Positions 28,992 to 37,365 of a stretch of DNA of 64,000 bases are shown here, in pieces. Under the pieces are notes generated by a model. That model saw only the letters and a program-made list of their open reading frames with translations. It ran no database searches and was not told the origin of the DNA. The DNA is from Candidatus Saccharimonadia bacterium. GTDB lineage: Bacteria; Patescibacteriota; Saccharimonadia; Saccharimonadales; 2-12-FULL-41-12. Position 1 is the first letter of the stretch. Every line of letters starts with the position of its first letter. The stretch covers positions 991,752 through 1,055,751 of the forward strand of contig OY970327.1 in the NCBI GenBank assembly GCA_963717365.1. The letters are read 5' to 3'. Position numbers and translations under genes: made by a program.

Positions 28992-29567
28992 ATGCTAGGA
29001 ACCTTAGTAACTTGGTTTAAAGCTCTTTCAATTGCAGGTAAAACAGGCGTAGTTGCTGCTACTACAGTAGTCGGGGGAACTGGGCTTGCCGCTGTAAGTC
29101 CTGAACCCCCAGCCCAAAGTACTCAGAGTGCCCAATGTAGTTCTGCTACAAGTCAAACAGAGGAGATTAAAGTAGTTGATTATCCAATTAACGAATTCGA
29201 GGATTCGAAGTTAGACAAAGGTAAATCTGAAATTCGTACAGCTGGAGTAAGTGGCGAGAACAAACTTACATATACTGTAACTGAGTACACCCCTACAAAC
29301 TGCCAGCCGAACACTAAGTTATTAGACAAAGAGGAAGTTATTAAAAAGACTACAACTCAAGTAACCGCCATCGGTACATATGTCGCTCCGCCACCCCCAC
29401 CTGCTCCAAAACCTATTACTAATTGTGCTCCTGGATATAGTCCATGCGTACCTAATGTATCTTATGATTTAAATTGTCCAGATATTGGATTCTCGGTAAC
29501 AGTTACAGGCTCTGACCCCCACGGTTTCGATAGGGACGGCGATGGATACGGGTGTGAATCTTACTAA
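28992..29567 (+). CDS. Secreted G5-domain protein with C-terminal Excalibur-like Ca-binding motif
   Basis: N-terminal anchor; G5-like segment KGKSEIRTAGVSGENKLTYTVTEY...TQVTAIGT; PPPPPAP linker; C-terminal DPHGFDRDGDGYGCE. Confidence 0.65.
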   Translation: MLGTLVTWFKALSIAGKTGVVAATTVVGGTGLAAVSPEPPAQSTQSAQCSSATSQTEEIKVVDYPINEFEDSKLDKGKSEIRTAGVSGENKLTYTVTEYTPTNCQPNTKLLDKEEVIKKTTTQVTAIGTYVAPPPPPAPKPITNCAPGYSPCVPNVSYDLNCPDIGFSVTVTGSDPHGFDRDGDGYGCESY

Positions 29568-29722
29568 ATAGCATAAGCGTTTTCACTTAATATGAAAGGT
29601 TGTTATTATATGTATATGGCGATGAAAATATTTACAGGTACAGCTCCAACTCAAAAGCCTATTACTGTAAAAACAAATATAAATAAAATTAAAAACGCAA
29701 TTAAATCAGGCAAGACTAAGTC

Positions 29723-30724
29723 TTAGTCCATAACATCTGCGAACGATAAACCATGCTTATCCTTAAGCTGCTGGTAGTTTACTGCCGCAAAACCAATTGA
29801 ATAAGTTGTAGTAAGAGGTACAATCACAGCCGCAGGTCGTTCTAATGGGTCTTGCGAGGGTAAGGTCATAGGCAAAGTACCTATCGGATAAGTACGGTAC
29901 CCGTGCACCATCCCTATTACAAGTCCACTTTCGATGTCAAAAATTGGCCCACCGCTATTACCAGGGTTAAATGCCATAGTAAATTCATACTGAAAAACAT
30001 CTGTATGATGCCGTGTATTAACAACTCCATAATCGCCACGTAAATAAATTTGTGAGACTGTGGGGGTGCCATCGGGCATTATCACTAACCCTTGAAGGGG
30101 ATATCCGAGTACTCCTGCTTTTGAACCTATGTCTAGGGGTATCGCCTTAAATGATAGATGTTGTGCGGGATTCATAATCCAATCGCCGTTATGCTTGTAA
30201 AAACCATCTGGTAGATAGAAAATTGCACCGTCAATATTAGGAAATGTAAATAAATTTTCATTTATTTTAGGTTCTAAGTAAGCAGTATGGCAGTAACCAT
30301 TCTCATCTCGATTTACAAATAAATATACGTCTCCATCTTGATGATGAGCTCCTGGATTATCCGGAGTTTGAGTGTTAAATATGCAATGCGAGCAAGTCAT
30401 CATACGGTTTTTACCTATTAGATAACCGGTTCCCAGTGGATATTGTTCTATATTATTTGCACCGGCCTGTCTAATGCGAGTTATATGGTATACGCAAGAT
30501 TTCGCATAGGATACCACTTCTTTAAATGATAAAAATGAATCAGGTTTAGGCACCACAGGAGGAAGTGGGCTCTTCTTTAGCTCCTTAGTTACAGACGGCG
30601 TTGCACGGTTTGTGACACTTTTTTTAGATAATTTCTTAGACTTTTGAGCTTTCCGTATTCCTGCTTTTTGTTTCCGCGCTTTTCTGTCTTTCTTCTGTAC
30701 CATATGTTTATAATTATAGTCCAT
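29723..30724 (-). CDS. Trypsin-like (S1) serine protease with ~60-aa Lys/Arg-rich N-terminal tail
   Basis: TCSHCIF (His), GNSGGPIF (Ser). N-terminus KKDRKARKQKAGIRKAQKSKKLSKK. No signal peptide or TM helix seen. Confidence 0.75.
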   Translation of the reverse strand: MDYNYKHMVQKKDRKARKQKAGIRKAQKSKKLSKKSVTNRATPSVTKELKKSPLPPVVPKPDSFLSFKEVVSYAKSCVYHITRIRQAGANNIEQYPLGTGYLIGKNRMMTCSHCIFNTQTPDNPGAHHQDGDVYLFVNRDENGYCHTAYLEPKINENLFTFPNIDGAIFYLPDGFYKHNGDWIMNPAQHLSFKAIPLDIGSKAGVLGYPLQGLVIMPDGTPTVSQIYLRGDYGVVNTRHHTDVFQYEFTMAFNPGNSGGPIFDIESGLVIGMVHGYRTYPIGTLPMTLPSQDPLERPAAVIVPLTTTYSIGFAAVNYQQLKDKHGLSFADVMD

Positions 30725-30798
30725 CCACTAAATTCGATATGTTGTAAAAGATAAATTATAAAAATATAGTTGAGCGGTATAAATTTTTGGATTAATAA

Positions 30799-32037
30799 TT
30801 ATAACTCCCTAATACTCCCAAAAGCCACGCGTTTCAGGATAATATCCTGCATATTTGCCATAGAAGCCGGTACCAGGGTAAATTCGCCGTATCTATCATT
30901 TATGTTATCGGCGGCGTAAGCCAGGGAGCGCGTATCAAGCCTAGTATCGTCGAATAGGCCTAATTGCCGCGGAGTAGCCGGCTGTAGGTAGTATACCGTG
31001 ACTCCTATATTGGTAACTCTAGCTGGTGGCGTAACCTGGTTCATAAGCTTTTGGGCGTGGATGTATATGTCTTGCGTGGAATAAATTGGGGACTTAGTTT
31101 TTTTGCCCTGCGACCAATACTGCCGATTTTCAAAACTTAACCATAAATGAATGCCCCACGCCGTGGAATCATGCTTCCTAAGCCTGCGTCCTGTTTTTTC
31201 GCATAACTTCATAAGTAGCCTGGAAAGCTTCTCTGGGTCGCTGGTTTTATCCCCTAATGCGTACTGTTGCCCGAAACTCTTTCGTCCAAAGTCTACGGCG
31301 TCTATTTCGTGGCCCCGCAGGCGCAAATACCAATAGTAGCCAACAATACTTTTAAAAACCTGTTTTCGGAGTACGTCCACATTAGCATCTAAAAACTGGA
31401 GGGGCGTATATATCCCCGCCATGTTTAGCCTAGCTTTATATCTGACATTTATACCTGGCAAATCAAGCAAGGTAAGGCTCTCATAAGTTTCCCGGATTGT
31501 TTTGCCGGTAATTATGTCCAAGCCATCCGGCTTATTAAGGCCAGCGGCTACTTTTGCTAGGAACCGGTTAGGGGCGATACCTATATTAACCGTAACGTAA
31601 TCACCTAACGCATTTTTTACATCTTGTTTTATCTCTTTTGCCACTTCCAATAGACTTTTACCCCGCTTAATTGCTAGAGAGTGGCTGAAGTCGATAACGA
31701 ATTCGTCTACTGATTTAGGTGTTACGGTATCCGTGTAGTTAAGAAGGAGTTTTTTAAATCGCCTGTGGGCATCAAAGTACTTTTCTGGGTCGGGAACCAT
31801 AATAATAGCTTCCCTGGAGAGCAGCCGGGCCTCTCTGACGTTTACACCTAATTTAATGCCCAATGCCTTGGCTTCATAAGAAGACGCGATTACCATGCCT
31901 CTAGGACTGTCATACGCGGCAATCGCTACCGGTTTATTGCGTATAAGCGGATTCGCCTGCTGTTCGATAATGGCAAAACAGCTGTTGAGGTCAATATGCA
32001 GTATCAAGGGGTCATTATAGTTAAGTGGCAAGTCCAT
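30799..32037 (-). CDS. Y-family DNA polymerase (DinB/UmuC-like)
   Basis: ILHIDLNSCFAIIEQQANPLIRNKPVAIAA...MVIASSYEAKALGIKLG, and later the little-finger region. Confidence 0.85.
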   Translation of the reverse strand: MDLPLNYNDPLILHIDLNSCFAIIEQQANPLIRNKPVAIAAYDSPRGMVIASSYEAKALGIKLGVNVREARLLSREAIIMVPDPEKYFDAHRRFKKLLLNYTDTVTPKSVDEFVIDFSHSLAIKRGKSLLEVAKEIKQDVKNALGDYVTVNIGIAPNRFLAKVAAGLNKPDGLDIITGKTIRETYESLTLLDLPGINVRYKARLNMAGIYTPLQFLDANVDVLRKQVFKSIVGYYWYLRLRGHEIDAVDFGRKSFGQQYALGDKTSDPEKLSRLLMKLCEKTGRRLRKHDSTAWGIHLWLSFENRQYWSQGKKTKSPIYSTQDIYIHAQKLMNQVTPPARVTNIGVTVYYLQPATPRQLGLFDDTRLDTRSLAYAADNINDRYGEFTLVPASMANMQDIILKRVAFGSIREL

Positions 32038-32287
32038 CGCTTACTGCCTCCAATGTCCAATGTAGATTACTGGTATTGAGGTTTAAACGAAACCATATAG
32101 TATTCTCCTTATCTACTAATTCATAAATATGGTGCAATACCCGCCCCTCATTAACTGTGTGATGATAGCCAATTTTACCTACGGTATAATCTTTATTTTG
32201 CCAGTATATTAGATGAGGTAGTGCTTTCCGTTTTTTCACTGAGTAGTACATTACTACTGATACTTCTTCGTTAATTTTCTCTCTCAT
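32021..32287 (-). CDS. Small protein translationally coupled to the Y-family polymerase (candidate accessory subunit)
   Basis: 88 aa from ATG 32287 (MREKINEE; AAGGGG 8 nt upstream), or 102 aa from 32329. Its 3' end overlaps the polymerase start by 17 nt. Confidence 0.45.
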   Translation of the reverse strand: MREKINEEVSVVMYYSVKKRKALPHLIYWQNKDYTVGKIGYHHTVNEGRVLHHIYELVDKENTIWFRLNLNTSNLHWTLEAVSDGLAT

Positions 32288-32312
32288 AGGAAGACCCCTT
32301 ATAATTATTAAT

Positions 32313-33005
32313 ATGTGCGGCAGATACACCCTCCATAAAAAGGCTGATAATATAGCAAAACGTTATAAGGTTGCTTCAATCCCTAAGGATATACATGAGA
32401 ATTACAACGTAGCGCCCGGACAGCGAATGCCGGTGATTACCGAAGACGAAGACGGGAAGCGAAAAATTGAAGTTATGAAATGGGGCTTAATCCCTGTATG
32501 GGCAAAGGACCCGAAAATAGGCTACAAACTCATTAACGCCCGGGATGACACCATCTTCGAAAAACCAATGTGGCGCAGTGTAATACTTAAAAAGCGGTGC
32601 CTTATTCCCGCTGATGGCTTTTTCGAATGGAAGAAGCTACCAGGAGGTACAAAAGTGCGAAAACAGCCGTTTTATATTCGCCCCAAACAACAAGACTTAT
32701 TTAGCTTTGCAGGCGTCTGGGAAACCTGGAAAGATGCTGAGGGCTTAGAATGGAAGACATATTCAATTATTACCACTGACCCCAATAAAGAAATGAAGCA
32801 GGTGCATAACCGCATGCCCGTAATTTTGCACCAAGATGATGAGTCCTCTTGGCTTTCGCCTTCTCATAATAATGACCGAGGTGCCATAGAGGCCCTACTG
32901 CGTCCCTGGGAAGACAATGGACTTGAACTTTTCGAGGTAAGCAGTGACGTGAACGCTTCCCGGAATAATGAGGCAAAGCTCATCTATCCGATTAACTCTC
33001 AGTGA
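32313..33005 (+). CDS. SOS-response-associated peptidase (SRAP/YedK-like abasic-site sensor)
   Basis: Begins MCGRYTL (Cys2), then NVAPGQ, MKWGLIP, INARDDT and NRMPVIL. TATAAT at 32300-32305 lies 7 nt before the ATG. Confidence 0.9.
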   Translation: MCGRYTLHKKADNIAKRYKVASIPKDIHENYNVAPGQRMPVITEDEDGKRKIEVMKWGLIPVWAKDPKIGYKLINARDDTIFEKPMWRSVILKKRCLIPADGFFEWKKLPGGTKVRKQPFYIRPKQQDLFSFAGVWETWKDAEGLEWKTYSIITTDPNKEMKQVHNRMPVILHQDDESSWLSPSHNNDRGAIEALLRPWEDNGLELFEVSSDVNASRNNEAKLIYPINSQ

Positions 33006-33330
33006 GTATGCTGTACGATGTAAATAAGCCTGTACGGAGGAAGGTATAACCAGCCCATACATTGCTGGGTCTGATTATAGGACTATGTGTTCAAGTAAAC
33101 AATTGCGTGTAATAGTTACTTACTCACCTAACCCACTTACAGCAGTACACTTAACTAGCCACATATTATTATTTTACCCCTGTAAACTATGTTAAGTAAG
33201 TGCCACTAAGAATCGCGTAAGGTGGCAGTCCTTCCTTCCCGTGCGATATACAGAGGTAGCGGAGAATTATACAGCGGGTACTCCCCAGCTTTTAACGAAT
33301 ACCTACTTACCACCAGACCGAAGGTTGTCA

Positions 33331-33858
33331 CTAGCACTCACGGGCGTAGCAAGTATCCGGCCGGTTTTCAGTTAAAGGGTCTGATGGCATAAACATGACG
33401 TAAATAAAAATAAAAATTAATATTAGTACAAGTAAACCTCCTGCAAAAGACTTAACACCCTGTACGGTAAGTGGTGAGGACGTGTTCGTAGCCTCTCTGT
33501 AGCTTCTTCCTAGCCCCGATACAGGATAACTATCATCTTTAATGTGTTGAATTGCTATTTGGATATACTCCCTAGCCTTTAACGGGTCATCTTCGGCAAA
33601 TGCTATAACGCCTTTAAGTTCGAATATCCGCGCCCTAAATAAGCTAACTTTCTGTGATTCCTGAAAGCTTAGAGCGGTTGCACGTTGCGAGGAATAATCT
33701 AAATAATTCTCCTTATGTCGAACATGCACCAAATCCTGCTCATAATGACGGACTAATTGTTTAAATGTCGTAATATCTTTCTTTCTTAAGTTTGCTGAGT
33801 CGTACTGCCGCTCTAGTAATTGGATACTAGAAGTAATTTTATCCAGTTTTTCGTCCAT
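33331..33858 (-). CDS. Hypothetical protein, helical N-domain + C-terminal TM helix
   Basis: 175 aa. C-terminal GGLLVLILIFIFIYVMFM. No family recognised. Confidence 0.45.
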   Translation of the reverse strand: MDEKLDKITSSIQLLERQYDSANLRKKDITTFKQLVRHYEQDLVHVRHKENYLDYSSQRATALSFQESQKVSLFRARIFELKGVIAFAEDDPLKAREYIQIAIQHIKDDSYPVSGLGRSYREATNTSSPLTVQGVKSFAGGLLVLILIFIFIYVMFMPSDPLTENRPDTCYAREC

Positions 33859-33944
33859 AAATACTCCATTTAAGTAAGCGGGTAATTAAAAAGCCCGCCG
33901 CTGGGCGATAGCCGGAGCTACCAATAACCGTTTCCAGTTACTAC

Positions 33945-33988
33945 AATCGCGAAAAAGTACCCGAACGACGAGCTGTTCTTTCGCGATT
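33945..33988. repeat. Perfect 10-bp inverted repeat in the recombinase upstream region
   Basis: AATCGCGAAA (33945-33954), 24 nt, then TTTCGCGATT (33979-33988). Confidence 0.8.
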
Positions 33989-34271
33989 GATTTGTTGACC
34001 ATGCCAATGCTTTCACAATGGTTTAGGCCTGAGCTGTTTAACAGCTTGGTTTGAATTATAAAGCACTTGAATTAAAATAAGGTAATACGGAGAAACGTAA
34101 AGACACTCTACTCGGGGAGAACAACTGTTTAGTAGCGGTTAAAGTACCCTAGCCATAGGAGAAAGGCTTAATCTCCCAAACGGAAGAACAGGCAATGCGT
34201 TTAGCACCTAAAGTATCCAACTAATCGCAAAAAGTTGTAGTTTAGGTACTTTTTGTTTTCCGGGGGCTTAG

Positions 34272-34472
34272 GTGTATACGAAATCACCCATTTCAGTTAA
34301 AGAGGCAAGACGGATTCTTGGAATCACTGGTAAGGGGTTATCAGACGATGCAATTAGGCAACTCATAGCACATATTGATGTATTAACAGATGTAGTAATT
34401 ACTCAATATAATGATTCCAAAAACCAGAGTTCTATTGATATTTTAAATGACGAAGCTCATACTAAAGAATAA
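34272..34472 (+). CDS. Small HTH-like protein (possible excisionase/RDF or regulator)
   Basis: 66 aa with a GTG start. SVKEARRILGITGKGLSDDAIRQLI resembles a helix-turn-helix. The stop lies 1 nt before the recombinase ATG. Confidence 0.4.
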   Translation: MYTKSPISVKEARRILGITGKGLSDDAIRQLIAHIDVLTDVVITQYNDSKNQSSIDILNDEAHTKE

Positions 34473-34473
34473 T

Positions 34474-36018
34474 ATGTTTAAAGCTGTAATATATACCCGC
34501 GTATCTACTGACGAACAAGCTAGGAATGGTCTAAGTCTAAAGGGTCAAGAGGACGCCACACGGGATTATTGTCTACGTGAAGGTATAGAGGTTGCTATGG
34601 TATTTTGTGATGCTGGAGAATCTGCAAAGACTGCTAATAGGCCACAATTAATAGCCTCAATGGCGTACTGTACCGAACATTACAAGGAAATTGACTTCTA
34701 TTTGGTGTGGAAGATGGATAGACTCGCTCGTATGGCCTACGACACAGCAGTAATTGATGCTAATTTACAAAAGCTTGGGATTCAGCTTCGTTCAGCTACG
34801 GAGCCAATTACAGATTCTCCTATCGGTTCTCTAACTAAAACCATGTTGGCAGGTTTCGCCCAGTTTGATAATGATGTACGCGCAGAACGTAGTAGTAGTG
34901 GGGTAAAACGGAGAATTGAAGAGGGTGGATGGCCTCATATGGCTCCGTTAGGCTACAGTAATTATACGGATAGTCTTAAGCGGCCAACACTTGTGCAGTC
35001 TAGCCAGGCACCACTTATTACAAGGTGGCTAAAGGAATACTTAAAAGGCGGCTATACGCAAAAGGCTTCAAATCAACTAGCTTGGGATATGGGGATACGC
35101 TCCAAACAGGGCACTCGATTGTCTAATCAGCAAACAATTAATATGCTTCGTAACCCAGTTTATGCAGGTCTGGTAAAATCTAAAATGATTGAATTTCCGG
35201 TTACAGGCCTACACACAGGGTTAATTAGTTACAAAGAACATGAAGCAATAATTAACAAATTGAATAAAAGAAAAAAACAGTTAACTGGGGTCAGTTCTTC
35301 GCAAGATTGGCCATTACGAGGAGGGTTTATAAAATGTGCGGAATGTAAAGAAAATATTACGGGAAGTTCGCCAAAGGGCCGAACAAAACACTACTCTATG
35401 TACCATTGCCCTAAATGCCGCACTAAAACGGTAGGCCATCGCGTGAGCGTATCAAAAGCAACCTTACATAACGAATTTGAAGCTTTATTAGCCTCTGTTA
35501 CGCCATCTGAGGCTGCATTAAAGCTATTTAAATCGCAAGTAATAAAGAAATGGCAGCTTTTAAATAGCGAGAAAAGATTACAGCAGCAGCAAATGCAACT
35601 TACGCTCGAAAAATTAAACCTTAGGAAACAAAAAGTAATTACACTTTTTGTTGATGGTAGCTTATCTTCGGAAGAAAAGGTGGAGCAATCAAATATTATC
35701 CAGTCAGAAATACTTAGAACCGAATTAAAATTAAATGAGGCAAAAGAAGCTGTAATAAGTTCAGATATTCTAATTGACTTCGGTATTAACATGATTCAAA
35801 ACGCTTCAAAACTATGGCGTATATCTAATGCATTAGAACGACAACGCCTACAATTAGCTATTTTTCCCGATGGACTTACATATAACTTTGTATCTGGGTT
35901 TGGAACCATTAAAACTAGTGAAATATATCAGTTAATTAGTCAATCGATATCAATAGATAATCAAAATTCAAGTATGGTGGGGGTGGCTGGAGTTGAACCA
36001 GCTACCAAGTGGTTATGA
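34474..36018 (+). CDS. Large serine recombinase (integrase type)
   Basis: AVIYTRVSTDEQARNGLSLKGQ (catalytic Ser), recombinase domain, Zn ribbon CAECKEN...YHCPKC and a coiled-coil tail. The last 44 nt overlap the tRNA-Met gene. Confidence 0.9.
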   Translation: MFKAVIYTRVSTDEQARNGLSLKGQEDATRDYCLREGIEVAMVFCDAGESAKTANRPQLIASMAYCTEHYKEIDFYLVWKMDRLARMAYDTAVIDANLQKLGIQLRSATEPITDSPIGSLTKTMLAGFAQFDNDVRAERSSSGVKRRIEEGGWPHMAPLGYSNYTDSLKRPTLVQSSQAPLITRWLKEYLKGGYTQKASNQLAWDMGIRSKQGTRLSNQQTINMLRNPVYAGLVKSKMIEFPVTGLHTGLISYKEHEAIINKLNKRKKQLTGVSSSQDWPLRGGFIKCAECKENITGSSPKGRTKHYSMYHCPKCRTKTVGHRVSVSKATLHNEFEALLASVTPSEAALKLFKSQVIKKWQLLNSEKRLQQQQMQLTLEKLNLRKQKVITLFVDGSLSSEEKVEQSNIIQSEILRTELKLNEAKEAVISSDILIDFGINMIQNASKLWRISNALERQRLQLAIFPDGLTYNFVSGFGTIKTSEIYQLISQSISIDNQNSSMVGVAGVEPATKWL

Positions 36019-36050
36019 GCCACCTGCTCTGACCGATGAGCTACACCCCC
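35975..36050 (-). tRNA. tRNA-Met (anticodon CAT; elongator Met versus Ile2 not distinguishable here), CCA encoded
   Basis: Hand-folded cloverleaf: acceptor GGGGGTG/CACCCCC, D arm GCTC-ATCGGTCA-GAGC, anticodon arm GGTGG-CTCATAA-CCACT, variable loop TGGTA, T arm GCTGG-TTCAACT-CCAGC, then A-CCA. Confidence 0.9.
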
Positions 36051-36126
36051 GCGGGCTATGGGTTAACAGATTGAGTATATCAGAAATCACGACACAGTTG
36101 GTATACTAGTGAGTGAGTATTCTGTT

Positions 36127-36558
36127 ATGTTACAAAATAAAAAAATTATTGTTGAAAAAATACGCCTATTTACTGATACGAGAGTATTAAGTTTACTGGC
36201 GTTTGGCGTGGTGGCACTGCTGGTGACCTGGAGCAGTATAGAGGTGGTCCAAACAAATTATGAACTAGAGAAAAAGATTTCGGTTGCACGCCAGGAAAAC
36301 GCCATCGCCCAACTTGAAAATGAGAATCTGAAGCTGAGGAATAAATATTATGAAAGCGCGCAGTACCTAGAGTTGACGACGCGGCGGCAGTTTGGCAAAG
36401 CCGGACCTGGCGAGAAGCTTTACACAGTTCCAGAGAGTGTAGCATTGGCAAAAACTATACCAAGCCAAGCTACTGAACAGGAGGCCGTAGAACAGGCAAA
36501 TACGCAGCCAAAGTATCAGCAGAACTTTGATGAATGGATGGACTTTCTATTTCAGTAA
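36127..36558 (+). CDS. Septum formation initiator (FtsB/DivIC-like)
   Basis: TM helix VLSLLAFGVVALLV followed by the coiled coil NAIAQLENENLKLRNKYYESAQYLELTTRRQFG. The track start is GTG 36109, which lies 1 nt after tggTATACT (36099-36107). Confidence 0.65.
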   Translation: MLQNKKIIVEKIRLFTDTRVLSLLAFGVVALLVTWSSIEVVQTNYELEKKISVARQENAIAQLENENLKLRNKYYESAQYLELTTRRQFGKAGPGEKLYTVPESVALAKTIPSQATEQEAVEQANTQPKYQQNFDEWMDFLFQ

Positions 36559-36597
36559 ATCGCCCGTTTAATAAATTCATAATATTTGATAGGTACA

Positions 36598-37329
36598 ATG
36601 AGTGTTATGAGTATGCGTAAACGACGGCTTGCTATTCTGCTAATTATGGCACTTATTGCTGCCGGGGGAGCATTATATGAAGACTTTCAATCCCGGCAAT
36701 TGGGCAGAAACCCAGTAATTCTACCAGCCATTGAAGTAGGTCAGGGCAGTGTTATCAGTTCTCCGGCAATTGATGTCCTAGCAGCGCTGCCAATAAAGGG
36801 CAAAGCGCCCAAAACTGGTTATACACGGGCCCAGTTTTCGGACGGTTGGGGCAATGCCGGCGGCTGTGACGTGCGCAATTTTATATTAAAGCGTGACATG
36901 ACGGAGGTAATCACCCAGTCGGGAACAGACTGTACGGTGGTGCAGGGGACATTATATGATCCATATACCAACAAAACAATTAGCTTTGTGCGTGGAACCG
37001 ATAGCAGTGACGACGTACAGATTGATCATGTGGTAGCTCTGTCAGATGCTTGGCAAACGGGAGCGCAGCAAATTTCATCAGAACAACGATATCTACTGGC
37101 GAATGACCAGCTTAATTTATTGGCGGTTGACGGGCCAACCAACCAAAAAAAGAGTGACGCTGATGCGGCTAGCTGGTTGCCCCCGGTCAAAGATTATCGT
37201 TGCCAGTATATTGCCCGGCGTCTGGCTGTAAAACAAAAATACCAACTATGGGTTACACAAGCCGAATTTGATGCCATGAAACGAGTACTATCAAATTGCC
37301 CGGACCAGGTTTTACCAATCGTTAATTAA
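36598..37329 (+). CDS. Secreted or anchored HNH-type nuclease (DUF1524 family)
   Basis: Signal/anchor LAILLIMALIAAGGALY; GYTRAQFSDGWGNAGGCDVRN; VQIDHVVALSDAWQTGA...GPTNQKKSDADAASWLP. Confidence 0.7.
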   Translation: MSVMSMRKRRLAILLIMALIAAGGALYEDFQSRQLGRNPVILPAIEVGQGSVISSPAIDVLAALPIKGKAPKTGYTRAQFSDGWGNAGGCDVRNFILKRDMTEVITQSGTDCTVVQGTLYDPYTNKTISFVRGTDSSDDVQIDHVVALSDAWQTGAQQISSEQRYLLANDQLNLLAVDGPTNQKKSDADAASWLPPVKDYRCQYIARRLAVKQKYQLWVTQAEFDAMKRVLSNCPDQVLPIVN

Positions 37330-37365
37330 TATATAGATAATCTATCGTCTGTATAGTCGGTCGGC

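Larger units (their letters stand above)
29568..36018. mobile_element. Putative integrated element abutting the 3' end of tRNA-Met (left boundary undetermined)
   Basis: A large serine recombinase with a small HTH-like ORF sits at the right end, and the recombinase ORF terminates inside the tRNA. The cargo is accessory-type (SRAP, Y-family polymerase, protease). Non-coding gaps are long. No att repeat was found. Confidence 0.35.

Noticed and set aside
29603-29737. 44-aa ORF MKGCYYMYMAMKIFTGTAPTQKPITVKTNINKIKNAIKSGKTKS in the gap before the protease gene
   Set aside because: It has no SD, its composition is low-complexity, and its end overlaps the convergent protease 3' end. It was not judged supportable.
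23684-36050. Direct repeat of the tRNA-Met 3' end (att site) marking the left end of the island
   Set aside because: Scanning the intergenic regions to the left by eye found no copy of tggtgggggtggctggagttgaacc or any long part of it. This is not decisive, because serine integrases do not need long att repeats.
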